From: Octopus bimaculoides
Lineage: Eukaryota
DNA length: 64,000 nt
Assembly (NCBI RefSeq): GCF_001194135.2
Contig: NC_068982.1
Coordinates: 149,629,151 to 149,693,150, forward strand
Direction: 5' to 3'
The notes below the pieces were generated by a model, which was not told the DNA's origin, made no database searches, and saw only the letters and a list, made by a program, of their open reading frames with translations. This document shows positions 1 through 13,384 of the stretch, piece after piece; position 1 is the first letter of the stretch, and the number at the start of each line of letters is the position of its first letter. A program made the position numbers and the translations under genes.

Positions 1-1473
1 GTCTATTATCTATTCTGATGCTACTCTACTTTAAGAAATATGATCTGCTATCCCTGAAATTGGTTTTTGTTACTAAATTATGTATAACTGATATAAACTA
101 AATGGTCTAAAACTAATGTAATTCTGATCATTTATTTTTTATTGGATTGGCCTGGAGCAAAGGGCTCTGCCCATTTCCTTTAAATGCCATCCATATTGTT
201 CACATTTCTCTTGGATGGCCTTTATATGTCATCCAATAAAGATCCAGAAAAGACCAGTGCACTGATGGAATTCCAAAAAAGTGATGCTCTAGGAAAGAAG
301 GATTGGCCATGAAGCTTGGTACAGAGCTTGGGGGTGTAACTGATAAGATGGGAGGAGGGGAAACCAGTCAATTCTGAAGAGTAGAGACCAAAATAGTGAA
401 CATAAAGAAGGGTAATTGAAGAAACAGCATGTCAGTGGACCAAGGCTGAATCATGTTAATATGCAACTTCATGCCAATGAGTAAAGTGGATGCAGCCTAG
501 AATATGTGTGTATATGAAATATCACACTAACCCAAATGTTTCAGCAGTACTCCATTGCATATCTTATCTGAGCTACATAGCTCAGTAGTTGTTAATGTAC
601 GAAGTATTTTCTGCCTTTGAAAAAGAAAACAACAAAACTTTATGCTGCAGTTTTGGTTATAAGCGAGGATGCATGCTCACCAGAAGAAATCTTCAATGAT
701 GGTGTGGCTTAACTCTTGTAGTAACCTTTGGAATTCTAGCTATCTGCTGTTCATGATAAAATCTTTACCCCAACAAATTCCATTTGACCTATGCAAGCAT
801 AGAAAAGTGAGTATTATCATAATGATGATGATGGTGATGTTTTAATAAACTAATTTTTTGGTTTGAGTTAAGTGTATGTGATATATAATAGAGTCGAGTC
901 TCATGCAGTTAAATCTCATTAAATGTGTCATAAGGGTAAATGTTACCTTTATACTTATTTAGACATAACTTACTTCATATTAATTTATGTATGATAAATC
1001 TAAACAGAAAAATTTACATACAGAAACATAAATATGTGCAAGTGTGTGTGTGTGCATGCATGCATGCATGTGTGTGTGTGTTAGTGCATTTGTATGAGTG
1101 TATGTGTGTATATAAGTGTGTATGCTATAAGATAAAATGTAGTAAAATGATGAGTCACCTATAACAAGACAAATATGTAACTGCATTGCCTCGTATGTGA
1201 ATATAAATTTACATCAAATGCTGTTAGACAAAATGATATATTTCAGTGCAGTTATTTTAATTAAAAATTTGACCTAGGGTTCAGCTGTTTAGTTTGTAAA
1301 TTATGTAGGTTCTTGCATAGATATTTACAGGGATATAATAGATAGGATTTGGATTATGACTTCATTTAAAAAATATATTTATCTGGATATTAATAATGTA
1401 ATTTAAAATAACTTTTTAGTGAGCTTCACCAGTAGAATGTATAACTAAAAGGAGCTATGAATGTTTGTGTGTG

Positions 1474-1521
<48 letters not shown>

Positions 1522-1744
1522 TATATATATATACATACACACAAATATGCATATACATGTGTGTGTGTGTGTGTGTGTGTCCATGTATACATATGTGTAT
1601 ATATAGATATAGGAAGTAAAGTAGATAAACACACTTAGGCTTGAGACACAAAATACAGATCATAAAATAAAGAAAAATATTATGTAAGTCTCATTTCAAC
1701 AGCTGTTTCACGATGGCCATAACTTATTTAACAACCTTTAGCGG

Positions 1745-2760
1745 CCCTGGCAATGATCACACTCAGATGGTGCTCTTAGCGCTCCACAAACACGGATGCC
1801 AGTCATGTGGTGCTGTCATCGAATTTGATTTCACTTGCCTCAACAGGTCTTCACAAGCAGAGTTTAGTGTACAATGAAAGAAAGGTATGCCTAAGTGGGC
1901 TGGTTACACCACTGGCATAGGCCATGGGTTATGGTCTCACTTGGCTTGCTGGGTCTTTTCAAGCACAGCATATCTCCAAAGGTCCTGGTCACTATTCATT
2001 GCCTCGGTGAGGCCTAATGTTCGAAGATTGTGCTTCACCACTTCATCCCAGGTCTTCATGGGTCTACCTCTTCCACAGTTTCCCTCAACCGCTAGGGTGT
2101 GACACTTTTTCACACAGCTATCTTCATCCGTTCACACCACATGACCATACCAGCACAGCCGTATCTCTTGCACACCACATCTGATGCTTCTTAGGTCCAA
2201 CTTTTCTCTCAAGGCACTGCACTTATACTCTGTCGAGTATGCACACTGACATTACACATCCAGCGGAGCATACTGGCTTCATTCCTTGTGAGCCTACGCA
2301 TGTCCTCAGCAGTCACAGCTCATGTTTCACTGCTATGTAGCATGGCTGTTCGTACACATGCGTCATACAGTCTACCTTTTACTCTGAGCGAGAGGCCTTT
2401 TGTCACCAGCAGAGGTAGGAGCTCTCTGAACTTTGCCCAGGCTATTCTTATTCTAGCAGCTACACTTTTAGAGCACCCACCCCCGCTACTAACTTAGGCA
2501 TACCTTTCTTTCATTGGACACTAAACTCTGCTTGCAAAGACCTGTTGAAGCAAGTAGGTAATGAAAGCTATCAACTACTTCTAGTTTTTCTCCCTGGAAT
2601 GTGGCAGAAGTTGTTCTCTGCACATTTTCAGTGTTTATTGCTCCTGAGCATCTGCCACATGCAAAAACTATCTTGCTAGTTAGTCTTCTTTTGATATTGC
2701 TGCACCTCTTATGTGTCCATAGCTTACACTGGGTGCATCTTATAGAGTTTCTACCTACAC
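1745..2760 (-). mobile_element. RTE-clade LINE, 3' part (C-terminal ORF plus start of 3' UTR), decayed
   Basis: Minus-strand translation across frameshifts gives KLEVVDSF, SLRVKGRLYDACVRTAMLHSSETWAVTAEDMRRL and GRGRPMKTWDEVVKHNLRTLGLTEAM, typical of RTE ORF C-termini. The same sequence recurs at 11312, 18640 and 53870. Confidence 0.85.
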
Positions 2761-2764
2761 CTTT

Positions 2765-3480
2765 TCTAAAATAGTTGTTAAATAAAGATGTCTGAGCACA
2801 ATATCAGCTGATTTAACAGAAATTATAGTTTCTGCAAAATTAATTGAATCATGGAGGATAGATTTAATTATATTCATTCACATACATCAAACTGGAATAG
2901 GTCATTCTTCTTTTTTTATTTTGGAGAGAATTTATTCGTTACAGAGATCGATTCCATAAGTGGTAGACACTAAAGCTCAAGAATAAAAGAATCAATTGAT
3001 AACTCCAATGTCTGTTTTTAAAGGATTTATATGTCCAGTAAATGGGTGCTTGGAAAGGTTTAACTTGTAGGTTCTCAAAGAGATGTAAGGTTCCTGTGAA
3101 ATTATAATATTAGTTCAATTTTTGATATTAGAGTTGGTAACAATATTTTTTGCTAATATATTGACTTCATCTGAGGTAGACATTTTGTATGTGCTTGAAA
3201 TAGAACTCTATATAAGTTGGCAATATATTTGTTTGTCAATGCCATAGATATTTTCCATTTCATCAGATTTTGCTAAAATGTTATTTGAATTCTTTATCTT
3301 GTTGATTTTTCTGCATAGGTCTTTTTGGAAGTTGTTCATTTTACTATATTGGTAGTAAATAACTACTTTTGGAAGTTATTATTAAACTTACATTTTTCTT
3401 TTTATCATGAAGGATAAATCATTTTCAAATTGTTGAAAATTAATGTTGTCTTGAAGGAATTTAGTAGCTTTTAGTTCACA
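2765..3480 (-). mobile_element. Penelope-like element, reverse-transcriptase N-terminal fragment, decayed
   Basis: Minus-strand frames give QFENDLSFMIK, NNFQKDLCRKINKIKNSNNILAKSDEMENIY and HINPLKTDIGVIN, matching from recall the PLE pre-RT pattern FEND...KADK...INPxKSxIG. Many stops. Confidence 0.7.
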
Positions 3481-3587
3481 ATTGTTTATTTTATTTTTGT
3501 TTTTTTTTTGTTTTTTTGTTGTTGTGCTGTCAGCAAAGGATATTTTTTTTCTCAAAAAAGTGTTTTTTCTATTTATTTTTAATAAAG

Positions 3588-3641
<54 letters not shown>

Positions 3642-4265
3642 AGCACCTAAGATAGGTTTCCCAGGGTGAGGCTGGAATATTTTTCATCATAAACACAAGA
3701 ATATGCTTTGGCTACAGTTTCATTGATAACAGTCTATACTTAAAAGTACTTGACTGGAAATAGGAGCATAAATTAATGTTAGAATTGTCAAATTATAACG
3801 TTACAAAAACAACCACAAACTTTTATTGATGAAAGAACTCAATACTAATAACAGAGTTGAATTTATCATGTTTATGGAGTTGACTGCAACTTCAAGTTTC
3901 ACCTAGCTTATTCAGCCAGTGCTCAAAATGCAAAATTATTTCCTTGTACTGATGACATTTGTCTTCTTATAAATATTTTAACAACAAAGAAATTACTAAA
4001 AGCACTTACTACAAAATACAATTCAATTGATTTTTCTTTAACACAACAATTATGTTATATGAATACATTCTCACAAATTCATGAAACTTTATCTTGATCA
4101 ATGAAAATTAAGATCAATTTTATTTCGCATCTGAATTTTGTCATGTTTTTAACTTGTACTCACAAACCATGGGGCCATCCACTTGATTATTGTATCATGT
4201 TATCAACAAGACTGGGAAAGGTATGTACTATATTGTTCTATTGGCTTTGTCACACACATATGCAT

Positions 4266-4315
<50 letters not shown>

Positions 4316-4637
4316 GCACACACATTACAATTTTACTTAGGCATAGCAATATGAATAACCAGTTGTTAGAATTCATATGCTTTAGAACAAAGCAATAGAT
4401 GAGTACAGAGCGTAATATTAATTATTGACTAACAAGGGAATGAGAATTATGTAATCAACATTTATTACTTTAGTTCTGCCATCATGCTGCACTCCTTTAT
4501 TTATTACTTTTGCTAATGTAAGTGTAAATTCCAAACAGGCAGATCATATTGACAAAGATCATGCTCAGACTTCAAGTGCAAGGATCATGCTCCAAATGGA
4601 AGGATTATGCTCCAAATAGAAGACTAATACTCTAGTG

Positions 4638-4938
4638 CAGTAGCCCCCAATTTTTTGGCAGTATGGACCAGTTTCATGCAAGGCAATTTTTCCACAGACT
4701 GGGGGATCACGTACATAACAAAACACAATAAAGTGAATAATATATAACTTAATTATTACAAACGTAATGCATATATATTATATAATTAATACATATGTAA
4801 TGTAAACACACTGTGCAGAGTGCAATAGTTAATAAAATAGAAATAGAATTTTGAAATTTATTCTTTCTGTGTAGCCAGGTACCAAATGATCCATAACCCA
4901 GTGCTGGTCTGTGGTCTGGGGGTTCTTGGGGACTGCTG
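4638..4938. mobile_element. hAT (Charlie-type) non-autonomous MITE, 301 bp
   Basis: Termini CAGTAGCCCCCAA and TTGGGGACTGCTG are imperfect inverted repeats. Flanking 8-bp TSD ctctagtg (4630-4637) / ctctagag (4939-4946) fits the NTCTAGAN Charlie target preference. Confidence 0.8.
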
Positions 4939-6020
4939 CTCTAGAGGAACAAAAATTGCTTGTAGAAAGATCATGCAGAAGAGGAAGACCCCAAGTAAAG
5001 ACATTATGTAAAAGTGGAAGTTTAGGCAAGACATAGTAAGAAGTAGTGAAGGCTGATCTCAAGAGACTGAAACTTGTGAATAAAGAACCACAACACATGG
5101 TGAAGTGTCTGACCTGTCTGTGCTAGCATGGAGAAAAATTAATGTAAAATGTTAATGACAGTGTTAAGGATGATGGTTGACAGAAACACCAGAGCACCAG
5201 AACAATTGCTCTTCAGTATTTAGTTGCAACTCCTTTACATTTCAAGTTTATAACTTGCCAGAGTTTACTTGACCTTTCTCTCAAGTTAATAGAATAAGTA
5301 CCAGTTAAGTACTGAGGTAAACTTAATCATTTATGTTCTCTTTTAAAGTTTCTGGTCATGTACCTATGTTAGAAATTATTATTGTAAGTTCCACATTAAT
5401 ATTCATGTCTTATATTCTTACTTCATATAAATATCTATAATTTGGGACTTTCTCATAGCTATATACTTTATAGACGTGAGAAAATTAGACTCTACATATG
5501 CAAGGTTTTAATTATAGGACAAAATCAAGGACATGATGAAATAAAATACACAAATATATTATTCATAAGACAACTGATTGATAACCTAGGGAACTAAGTC
5601 AAAGGCACAATCGATCCATAATCTATTATAGAGACAACAGTTCATAAAACAATTAACTGAATAATAAATATTTTAAATTGTATGATATATATATATATAT
5701 ATATATATANNNNNNNNNNNNNNNNNNNNNNNNNNNNNNNNNNNNNNNNNNNNNNNNNNNNNNNNNNNNNNNNNNNNNNNNNNNNNNNNNNNNNNNNNNN
5801 NNNNNNNNNNNNNNNNNNNNNNNNNNNNNNNNNNNNNNNNNNNNNNNNNNNNNNNNNNNNNNNNNNNNNNNNNNNNNNNNNNNNNNNNNNNNNNNNNNNN
5901 NNNNNNNNNNNNNNNNNNNNNNNNNNNNNNNNNNNNNNNNNNNNNNNNNNNNNNNNNNNNNNNNNNNNNNNNNNNNNNNNNNNNNNNNNNNNNNNNNNNN
6001 NNNNNNNNNNNNNNNNNNNN

Positions 6021-6260
6021 NCCAGATGGCTACACCAGACTCCAATCTGATCTGGCAGAGTTTCTACAGTTGGATGCCCTTCCTAATGCCAACCACTCTG
6101 AGAGTGTAGTGGGTGCTTTTTACGTGCCACTAGCACGAGGGCCAGTCCGGTGGTACTGGCAACGGCCATGCTCAGATGGTGTTTTTTCACGTGCCACCTG
6201 CACAGCAGTCAGTCCAATGTTTTGTTCATATGCCACCGGCACAAGTGCCAGTAAGGCGAT
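6021..6260 (-). mobile_element. RTE LINE 3' UTR fragment
   Basis: Contains the recurrent block gcacccactacactctcagagtggttggcattaggaagggcatccaactgtagaaactctgccagatcagattggag, also at 21700, 23545, 41600 and 58250. Confidence 0.8.
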
Positions 6261-6519
6261 ATATACATACATACACACACACACATATATACAGTACAAG
6301 TAAAAAGACATATTTTTTCAACGTGTAAGTACTGATAGAACAGCATATAGAGGATAAAATCCTTACAGAGTTGAAAAATCTGTCAGCAACCAGCCATAAG
6401 ACTCAAACTTACATCCCTTCAATTTCCGGTTAAAGCACTTTACCATTTAAGCTAAATTGCTTTACTGACAAATTCTTCTGCAATTTAGAATTTATGAATT
6501 CATCTAGAAACGGTAGATG

Positions 6520-6785
6520 TTATGGTCATCTATGGTAGACGATCGCGAGGTTGTGAGTTTCAATCCTGGACCGGGTTGCGTGTTGTGTTCTTCAGCAAGA
6601 CACTTTATTTCACGTTGCTCCAGTTCACTCAGCTATAGAAATAAGTTGTGACGTCACAGATGCGAAGCTGTAATGGCCTTTGCCTTTCCCTTGGATAACA
6701 CTGGTGGCATGGAGAGGGGAGGCCGGTTTGCATGGGCGGCTGCTGGTCTTCCATAAACAACCTTGCCCAGACTTGTGTCTCAGCA
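6520..6785 (+). mobile_element. tRNA-headed SINE (local family G)
   Basis: B-box-like gagtttcaatcc followed by gtgttcttcagcaagacacttt. Related heads at 52158-52265 (+) and about 36590-36715 (-). Confidence 0.65.
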
Positions 6786-8686
6786 TATAGATATATATAT
6801 GTATATATATANNNNNNNNNNNNNNNNNNNNNNNNNNNNNNNNNNNNNNNNNNNNNNNNNNNNNNNNNNNNNNNNNNNNNNNNNNNNNNNNNNNNNNNNN
6901 NNNNNNNNNNNNNNNNNNNNNNNNNNNNNNNNNNNNNNNNNNNNNNNNNNNNNNNNNNNNNNNNNNNNNNNNNNNNNNNNNNNNNNNNNNNNNNNNNNNN
7001 NNNNNNNNNNNNNNNNNNNNNNNNNNNNNNNNNNNNNNNNNNNNNNNNNNNNNNNNNNNNNNNNNNNNNNNNNNNNNNNNNNNNNNNNNNNNNNNNNNNN
7101 NNNNNNNNNNNNNNNNNNNNNNNNNNNNNNNNNNNNNNNNNNNNNNNNNNNNNNNNNNNNNNNNNNNNNNNNNNNNNNNNNNNNNNNNNNNNNNNNNNNN
7201 NNNNNNNNNNNNNNNNNNNNNNNNNNNNNNNNNNNNNNNNNNNNNNNNNNNNNNNNNNNNNNNNNNNNNNNNNNNNNNNNNNNNNNNNNNNNNNNNNNNN
7301 NNNNNNNNNNNNNNNNNNNNNNNNNNNNNNNNNNNNNNNNNNNNNNNNNNNNNNNNNNNNNNNNNNNNNNNNNNNNNNNNNNNNNNNNNNNNNNNNNNNN
7401 NNNNNNNNNNNNNNNNNNNNNNNNNNNNNNNNNNNNNNNNNNNNNNNNNNNNNNNNNNNNNNNNNNNNNNNNNNNNNNNNNNNNNNNNNNNNNNNNNNNN
7501 NNNNNNATATATATATATATATATATATAATGAATAGGGAGAATTATACTCTGTATATAGCACAACTATTTAGTGCTCAAAGTTAATTGGGCTATTGGAA
7601 TATTACAGAAGATTTAGGATTTGAGACAAAATTCTGGGTTATCAGTTCATATTTGAAAAGTAAAGCTTCAATCCATTAAAAGCTTCATAAAAATATATAT
7701 GTAAAATAAATATTTCGATATGAGAAGGTAACATACGCATTGAAACAATACATATTCAGCTATATGAAAATCATAAATTTGTACATACAGGATCAGTTTG
7801 TCACATCACAGGTGCTAATATTAAAACTCACAGGAGTATATGGAAAGTTCAAAGGGAGAAGTCCAAATTAAAATCCAAATGTGAAAATTAATGTATATAT
7901 CCTACGGCTGTTTCAGGAACATAGTGATATGAGTAAATAATGATTTAAAATCTATTCCAGTATTACTGTTTTCTTCATCAAGGATATTAATATCTCGTAT
8001 GGATCAGATTTGGTACATTTGCTCATAGATGTTGACGTTCAGTTACACTATACCAGTTTGTATTTTGCATAAAATCAATTGGATGAAATAAAACATTTAA
8101 GACAAATTAAAAATACATGGTTGGGGTGAAATTAAAAATATAGGTTTCCTGAAAATTATTCTAGTGGTGAAATGATTTTTCTTTTCCTTTTTTTTTATTT
8201 TTTTATTTCATTTTTTTATTACGGATTTATTTTTACTTAATGAAAGGATTTACATGTGGATACGTATTTATGTCTACATAAGATGACAGGTATTCGACAA
8301 TTGATGGGAAACTTTTTACAGATTTGATGGGAGACTTCTTACAAGATATTTTTGTTATTTAATGAAAGGATTTAAATGTGGAGAAGTATTTATGCCTACA
8401 TGAAATAATAATATCTGAGAATTTGTTCAGCATTATCTTTTTATTTAGACGTAGCATATTGATTGATTCTCATATATACCCACGTTTCATATTGTTACCA
8501 CCCAAGTTTTTGTACGACCTTGTCAGGTTTTTGTTTGAATAATTTATACAATATATTAATAAACTTTATAAATATTAAAAAATACAACATTAAAAGTTGT
8601 TAAAGCTTAACTAATACATACATACACACATACAAATATACATACATGCATACATGCATGCATAAATACACACAAACATATACATG

Positions 8687-8722
<36 letters not shown>

Positions 8723-8750
8723 CACACACACATGCATATATACATATATA

Positions 8751-8945
8751 GGGAGAATTCACAAAAAAAAAATAAAAGACGAAGACAGGTGGTGTAGAAA
8801 ACGAACAGATGTATTAGTATAACGCTCGGGAAGTGAAAAAGTCTTTAACGTTTAGAGCCTACGCTCTTCCACAGAAAGGAACACAAAAAGAAACAAGGAG
8901 AGAAAAAAAAGAATGTGTAGTGGCTAGCAATCTATCAGGGCGAAT
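8751..8945 (-). mobile_element. Short PLE-tail-like repeat (local family D) copy 1, with degenerate hammerhead-like motif
   Basis: ~190-bp unit flanked by (TA)n, homologous to 15106-15270, 56892-57095 and 57124-57315. Minus strand reads CUUU CUGUGGAA GAG cguagg CUC UAAA CGU U AAAG. Confidence 0.8.
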
Positions 8946-10261
8946 ATATATATATATATATATANNNNNNNNNNNNNNNNNNNNNNNNNNNNNNNNNNNN
9001 NNNNNNNNNNNNNNNNNNNNNNNNNNNNNNNNNNNNNNNNNNNNNNNNNNNNNNNNNNNNNNNNNNNNNNNNNNTATATATGTGAATACAAATAAATAGA
9101 AGCACATACATATTTATTTATATATATTCAATTTTATTCTGTAATGAAGATTGTTTAATTCTTGATGCATAGACAAAAATAATGGGTAAGAACTCTCATA
9201 ATAGAAGTATCAAGAGTATAACAAAGAATATAGTTTTTAGAGATGATAGAGGGCAGCAGCAGCAGTGGCAGTGGTGGCAGCATTGGCGATGGCAGCAGCA
9301 GAGGTGGTGGCGAAAGAGGGGGGATTTGGTGGAGGGATGTTCCATTTTTATTTTTAATAAGAAAAATATTTGTTTGTTTTACCAGCACCTTCCTGCATAC
9401 AGAACCATACATCACATTTTTACCACCCTGGCTTTAATATAACTTTTTTCAGTATATTAATGAATTTTGTAATATGTGTGGATTTTTCCAATGTAGATGT
9501 GTTTAGTGCCTGGTTGTGTCTGTCTATACTATTCTATACTCACTGCATTACCAGTAAATATTTGATTCAGCATTTTTTTTTTTTCCTTCAGCTTCTATTT
9601 TATAGTTCTGAAGATATCACAAAGTAGAATCATATATCATTGCAACACATACTTAAGAAATAGTTTTTTGTGATATGAAGGAATTGATATTACAGTTATA
9701 AAAAATGACTTTCTTGCTTCTTCTTCTATATTAGTTTTTTTTTTTTTTTTGCATTTAGTCCCTGTTCATCTCTGGCTTCACCTGGCAGGTGTATTCTTAA
9801 ATGATATGTTTTGTTATTTGTTAGATTTTTTAGATTCTCATTATTTTCTCTTTACTTCTAAGTGTCTATAATATTAATTGGGTTCCAGTTTTCTCATCAT
9901 CATCGATACAATATTCTGTTGGTTTTATTTTTAGTTATCACTCTTGCAAACTGTACTAAGATATCTAATGTGAATATTTTCACTGTGGGTTTCTTCTATG
10001 ACTCTTTTTTAAAACTTCTATGTTGTTGTTGTTAATGATGCTACTGAGGATGATGATGATAATGATGATGGCGGTGGTAGCGGCGGCAGCAGTGATGGTG
10101 ATGATAATCGTGAAGATGATGATGATGATGACAATGACAACAATAATGATGATGTTGCTGCTGCTGTTGCTGACATTATTATCATTGTTTAACCCAATGT
10201 CAGATCTGATCAACCAGACCTATGACCAAAAGCACTCTAGCAATGCACCCCATCCTGCCGT

Positions 10262-11172
10262 TCTTTTCAAACAATGCATATAAGATGGCGCACTTGCATT
10301 TAATCATTCTGCAAAGAAAGAGGCTTGGAAATGCCATTATGAAAGACTTCTGAATGTGAAGAATGAATGGCAGGAGGAGAAACTGCCAAATGTTGACCCA
10401 ATTGAGGGACCAGCTATCCGAATTGACAGTACCTTGATAGATAAAGTAATTAATATGAAGACAAGGAAAGCCCCCAGCCCATAAAGAATCACTGCTGAGA
10501 TACTTAACATATCAGGTTGTGTAGGTTATGGTCTTGTTACCTATATTGTAAATCAGGGGGTTCATGAAAGAGTCATACCTAATAACTAGTGTAACAGCAC
10601 TATAGTCAACTGTTACAAAGGTAAACGTGATACCTTAGATAGAAATAATTACAGAGATATCAAATTGTTACATCAGATGATGAAAGTTATGGAAAAGGTC
10701 ATAGCCCAACTAATTAGGGAGAGTTAGCCTAGATGAGATGTAGTTTGCTTGTGTGCCAGGGAGAAGCACCACTGATGCTATATTTCTGGTAAGGCAGCTG
10801 CATGAGAAATACATAGCCAAAGATAAACCTCTGTACTTGACTTTTGTTGACTTGGAGAAAGTCTTTAACAGAGTCCCCTGATCCCTTATCTGGTCGTCAA
10901 TGCAGAAACTAAGGATAGACAAGTGGTTGGTAAAAGCTGTACAAGTCATATACAGGGATGCTATCAGTAAGGTGAGGATTGGCAACGAGTACAATAAAGA
11001 ATTCAAGGTACAAGTAAAGGTTCACTAAGGATCGGTCCTCAGCCCCGTCTTGTTCATCATAGTCCTCCAGACAATAACAGAAGAATTTAATACAGGCAAC
11101 TCCTGGGAGATTCTCTATGCTGATGACTTTGTTCTTATAGCTGGATCATTACCAGAATTAGAGAAGTTTCAG
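10262..11172 (+). pseudogene. RTE LINE reverse-transcriptase domain, frameshifted
   Basis: Translates to EAWKCHYERLLNVKNEW, YKGKRDTLDRNNYRDIKLL, GRSTTDAIFLVRQLHEKY, FVDLEKVFNRVP, GSVLSPVLFIIVL and EILYADDFVLIA (YADD active site), with several stops and frameshifts. Confidence 0.92.
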
Positions 11173-11180
11173 GTATATAT

Positions 11181-11280
<100 letters not shown>

Positions 11281-11311
11281 ATATATAGATAGATAGAGAG
11301 AGAGAGAGAGA

Positions 11312-11715
11312 GAAATGTGCTGGTATGGTCATGTGATGCATATGGACAAGGACAGCTGTGTAAAGAAATACAAGTCTCTAACTGTGGAGGGAACTTGTGG
11401 TAGAGACAGACCCAGGAAGATGTGTGACAAGGTAGTGAAGCATGATCTTTGAACTTTCGACCTCACAGATGCAATGACTAGTGACCAAGACCTTTACATT
11501 GTCATGCTTGAGAAGAAAACCCATGAAGCCAAATAAAATCACAGTCATAGCAGATACCAGTGTCACACAAATGGCACCCATGCCACTCCTGGTAAAACTG
11601 TCCAACCCATGCCACTCTTGGTCAACTGTCCAACCGATGCCAGTCCTGGTGAAACTGTCCAACCCATGCCAGCATGGACAACAGATGCTAAATGATGATG
11701 ATGATGATGATGATG
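11312..11715 (+). mobile_element. RTE LINE 3' end with (GAT)n tail, continuation of the 10262 copy
   Basis: Homologous to 18652-19262. Ends aacccatgccagcatgga...aaatgatgatgatg. Confidence 0.85.
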
Positions 11716-11807
11716 GAATGTACATAAGATTATACATTATTCAATATAACTTATCCTTCTTTTTTTAAAGAGAGCAAGGTGATGTTGTTATTATCTATTG
11801 CAATAAT

Positions 11808-12010
11808 CCTTTCTATTATAGGCACAAGGCCTGGAATTTGGGGGAGGGGGTAATCGATTACATTGATGCTAGTACGTAACTGGTACTTAAATTATCGAAC
11901 CCAAAAGGATGAAAAGCAAGGTTTACCTCGGCGGAATTTGAACTCAGAATGTAAGAGACGAAATGCCACTAAGCATTTTGCCTGGCATGCTAACAATTCT
12001 GCCTGTTCAC
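11808..12010 (-). mobile_element. tRNA-headed SINE (local family A)
   Basis: Core ttctgagttcaaattccgccgaggt...ctttcatcctttt gggttcgataatttaagtaccagt. Further copies at about 14170, 15600, 15985, 24690, 26800, 27880, 32849, 41797, 42037, 42635, 42877, 44310, 44530, 52920 and 53160. Confidence 0.85.
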
Positions 12011-13024
12011 TACTCTACTATCTGTTGTAATAATGATGGTGTTGCAACTGCTGCTTCTAGTGGTGGTGAGGGTGGTGGTGGTGGTGGTGGTGGTGGTTTA
12101 GTAGATGATGATGACAAAGAAGGAGGAGGAGGAGGGGAAAAGAAGAAGAAGAAGAAGAAGACTATTGTATTCACCTAAATTTTTATATCATTTGGTCATT
12201 ATTACAAACTTGTTACATTAAGAGTTTGGGCTTTAGTTTATAATTTACCATTATAAAGAATATAAGGAGTTTATTGAAGAAAATTCAGTTTCTAAATTGT
12301 CAGATTGAAAAATCCTGTTAAAGTTAATGTGTTCATACAACACAAGCCATCCATATGATTAATTTTTTTTCTTCCCTTCCTCATAGATACTCCTTAATAT
12401 CATAACAGAAATGCAGAAAATCAGCGAAGAAAAATTTTCTTCAGCTTCTGCAACATTTTATTTTTATTTTCCTGACAATAGTAGAGATCTTTGTATGTAT
12501 CAGGATAAATTTCATGTTCAGCTGAGTTAAACTATTAATTCTAAGTCTTTATATTTTAGGATATACATTTTTTATGTTTGGGATGATTGGAAAATCACAT
12601 ATAGCATTTTTAACTCGTACTTTCTTTCAGTCATTCTATAACTTCCTACTGAGTAATTTCACATTTTCTGAAGACCTTCTACTGTTGTTAAAGCAACCAA
12701 TAATTTGTTCTTAGCCTCACACCTAATAACCTTTAGCAATTAAGATAATTAGTATATATTTGTAGATTTTGCCATTCACTATTTATGTCATATTGTTTAC
12801 TCATACGTGGCCACAGAGAGAGAGAGAGAGAGAGAGAAATTCCCTTCATACTTACTGCTGCTCTTGTCCTTGTTGCTAGTTTTGTTGACTAGCCCTGAGT
12901 CAACCTTGATTGAGTACATCTATGATTAAAGTGGTTCAGGATTTGGCTATCCATTCCTTTATTTTCTTCTTTCCAGGTATAAAATGCCCAGAACAATTTT
13001 ATTCAATGTGCACACACTCTACAC

Positions 13025-13115
13025 CAGTGTATTTTCAAAATTTCTTTGTCCCGACCTATTTTATTTAATCTTGCAACCCATTGAAGGGTCAAGACCCACA
13101 GTTTGAAAAACGCTG
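13025..13115. mobile_element. 91-bp hAT MITE
   Basis: TIRs CAGTGTATTTTCAAA and TTTGAAAAACGCTG. Perfect 8-bp TSD ctctacac at 13017-13024 and 13116-13123. Confidence 0.85.
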
Positions 13116-13384
13116 CTCTACACAATCAATATCCTAGAAAATAAGACAGCTTAAATGATAGATTTCCTACTCAAGAAACAAACAAAACACTAAATTCCTG
13201 AAACAACAAAACTAACACCACATGGCAGGAAATTATTTATGACTTATCAACCCCTTGTCACTCACTCCATGAGTACCACAAGAAAATAATGCTGAAAACC
13301 CTTAAGGAATATGGAGGAACACCTGGTAGTGAGGTAAAAGTTTACATAAAACTAAAGAAAACAAAATAATAGTAATCTCTTTTT

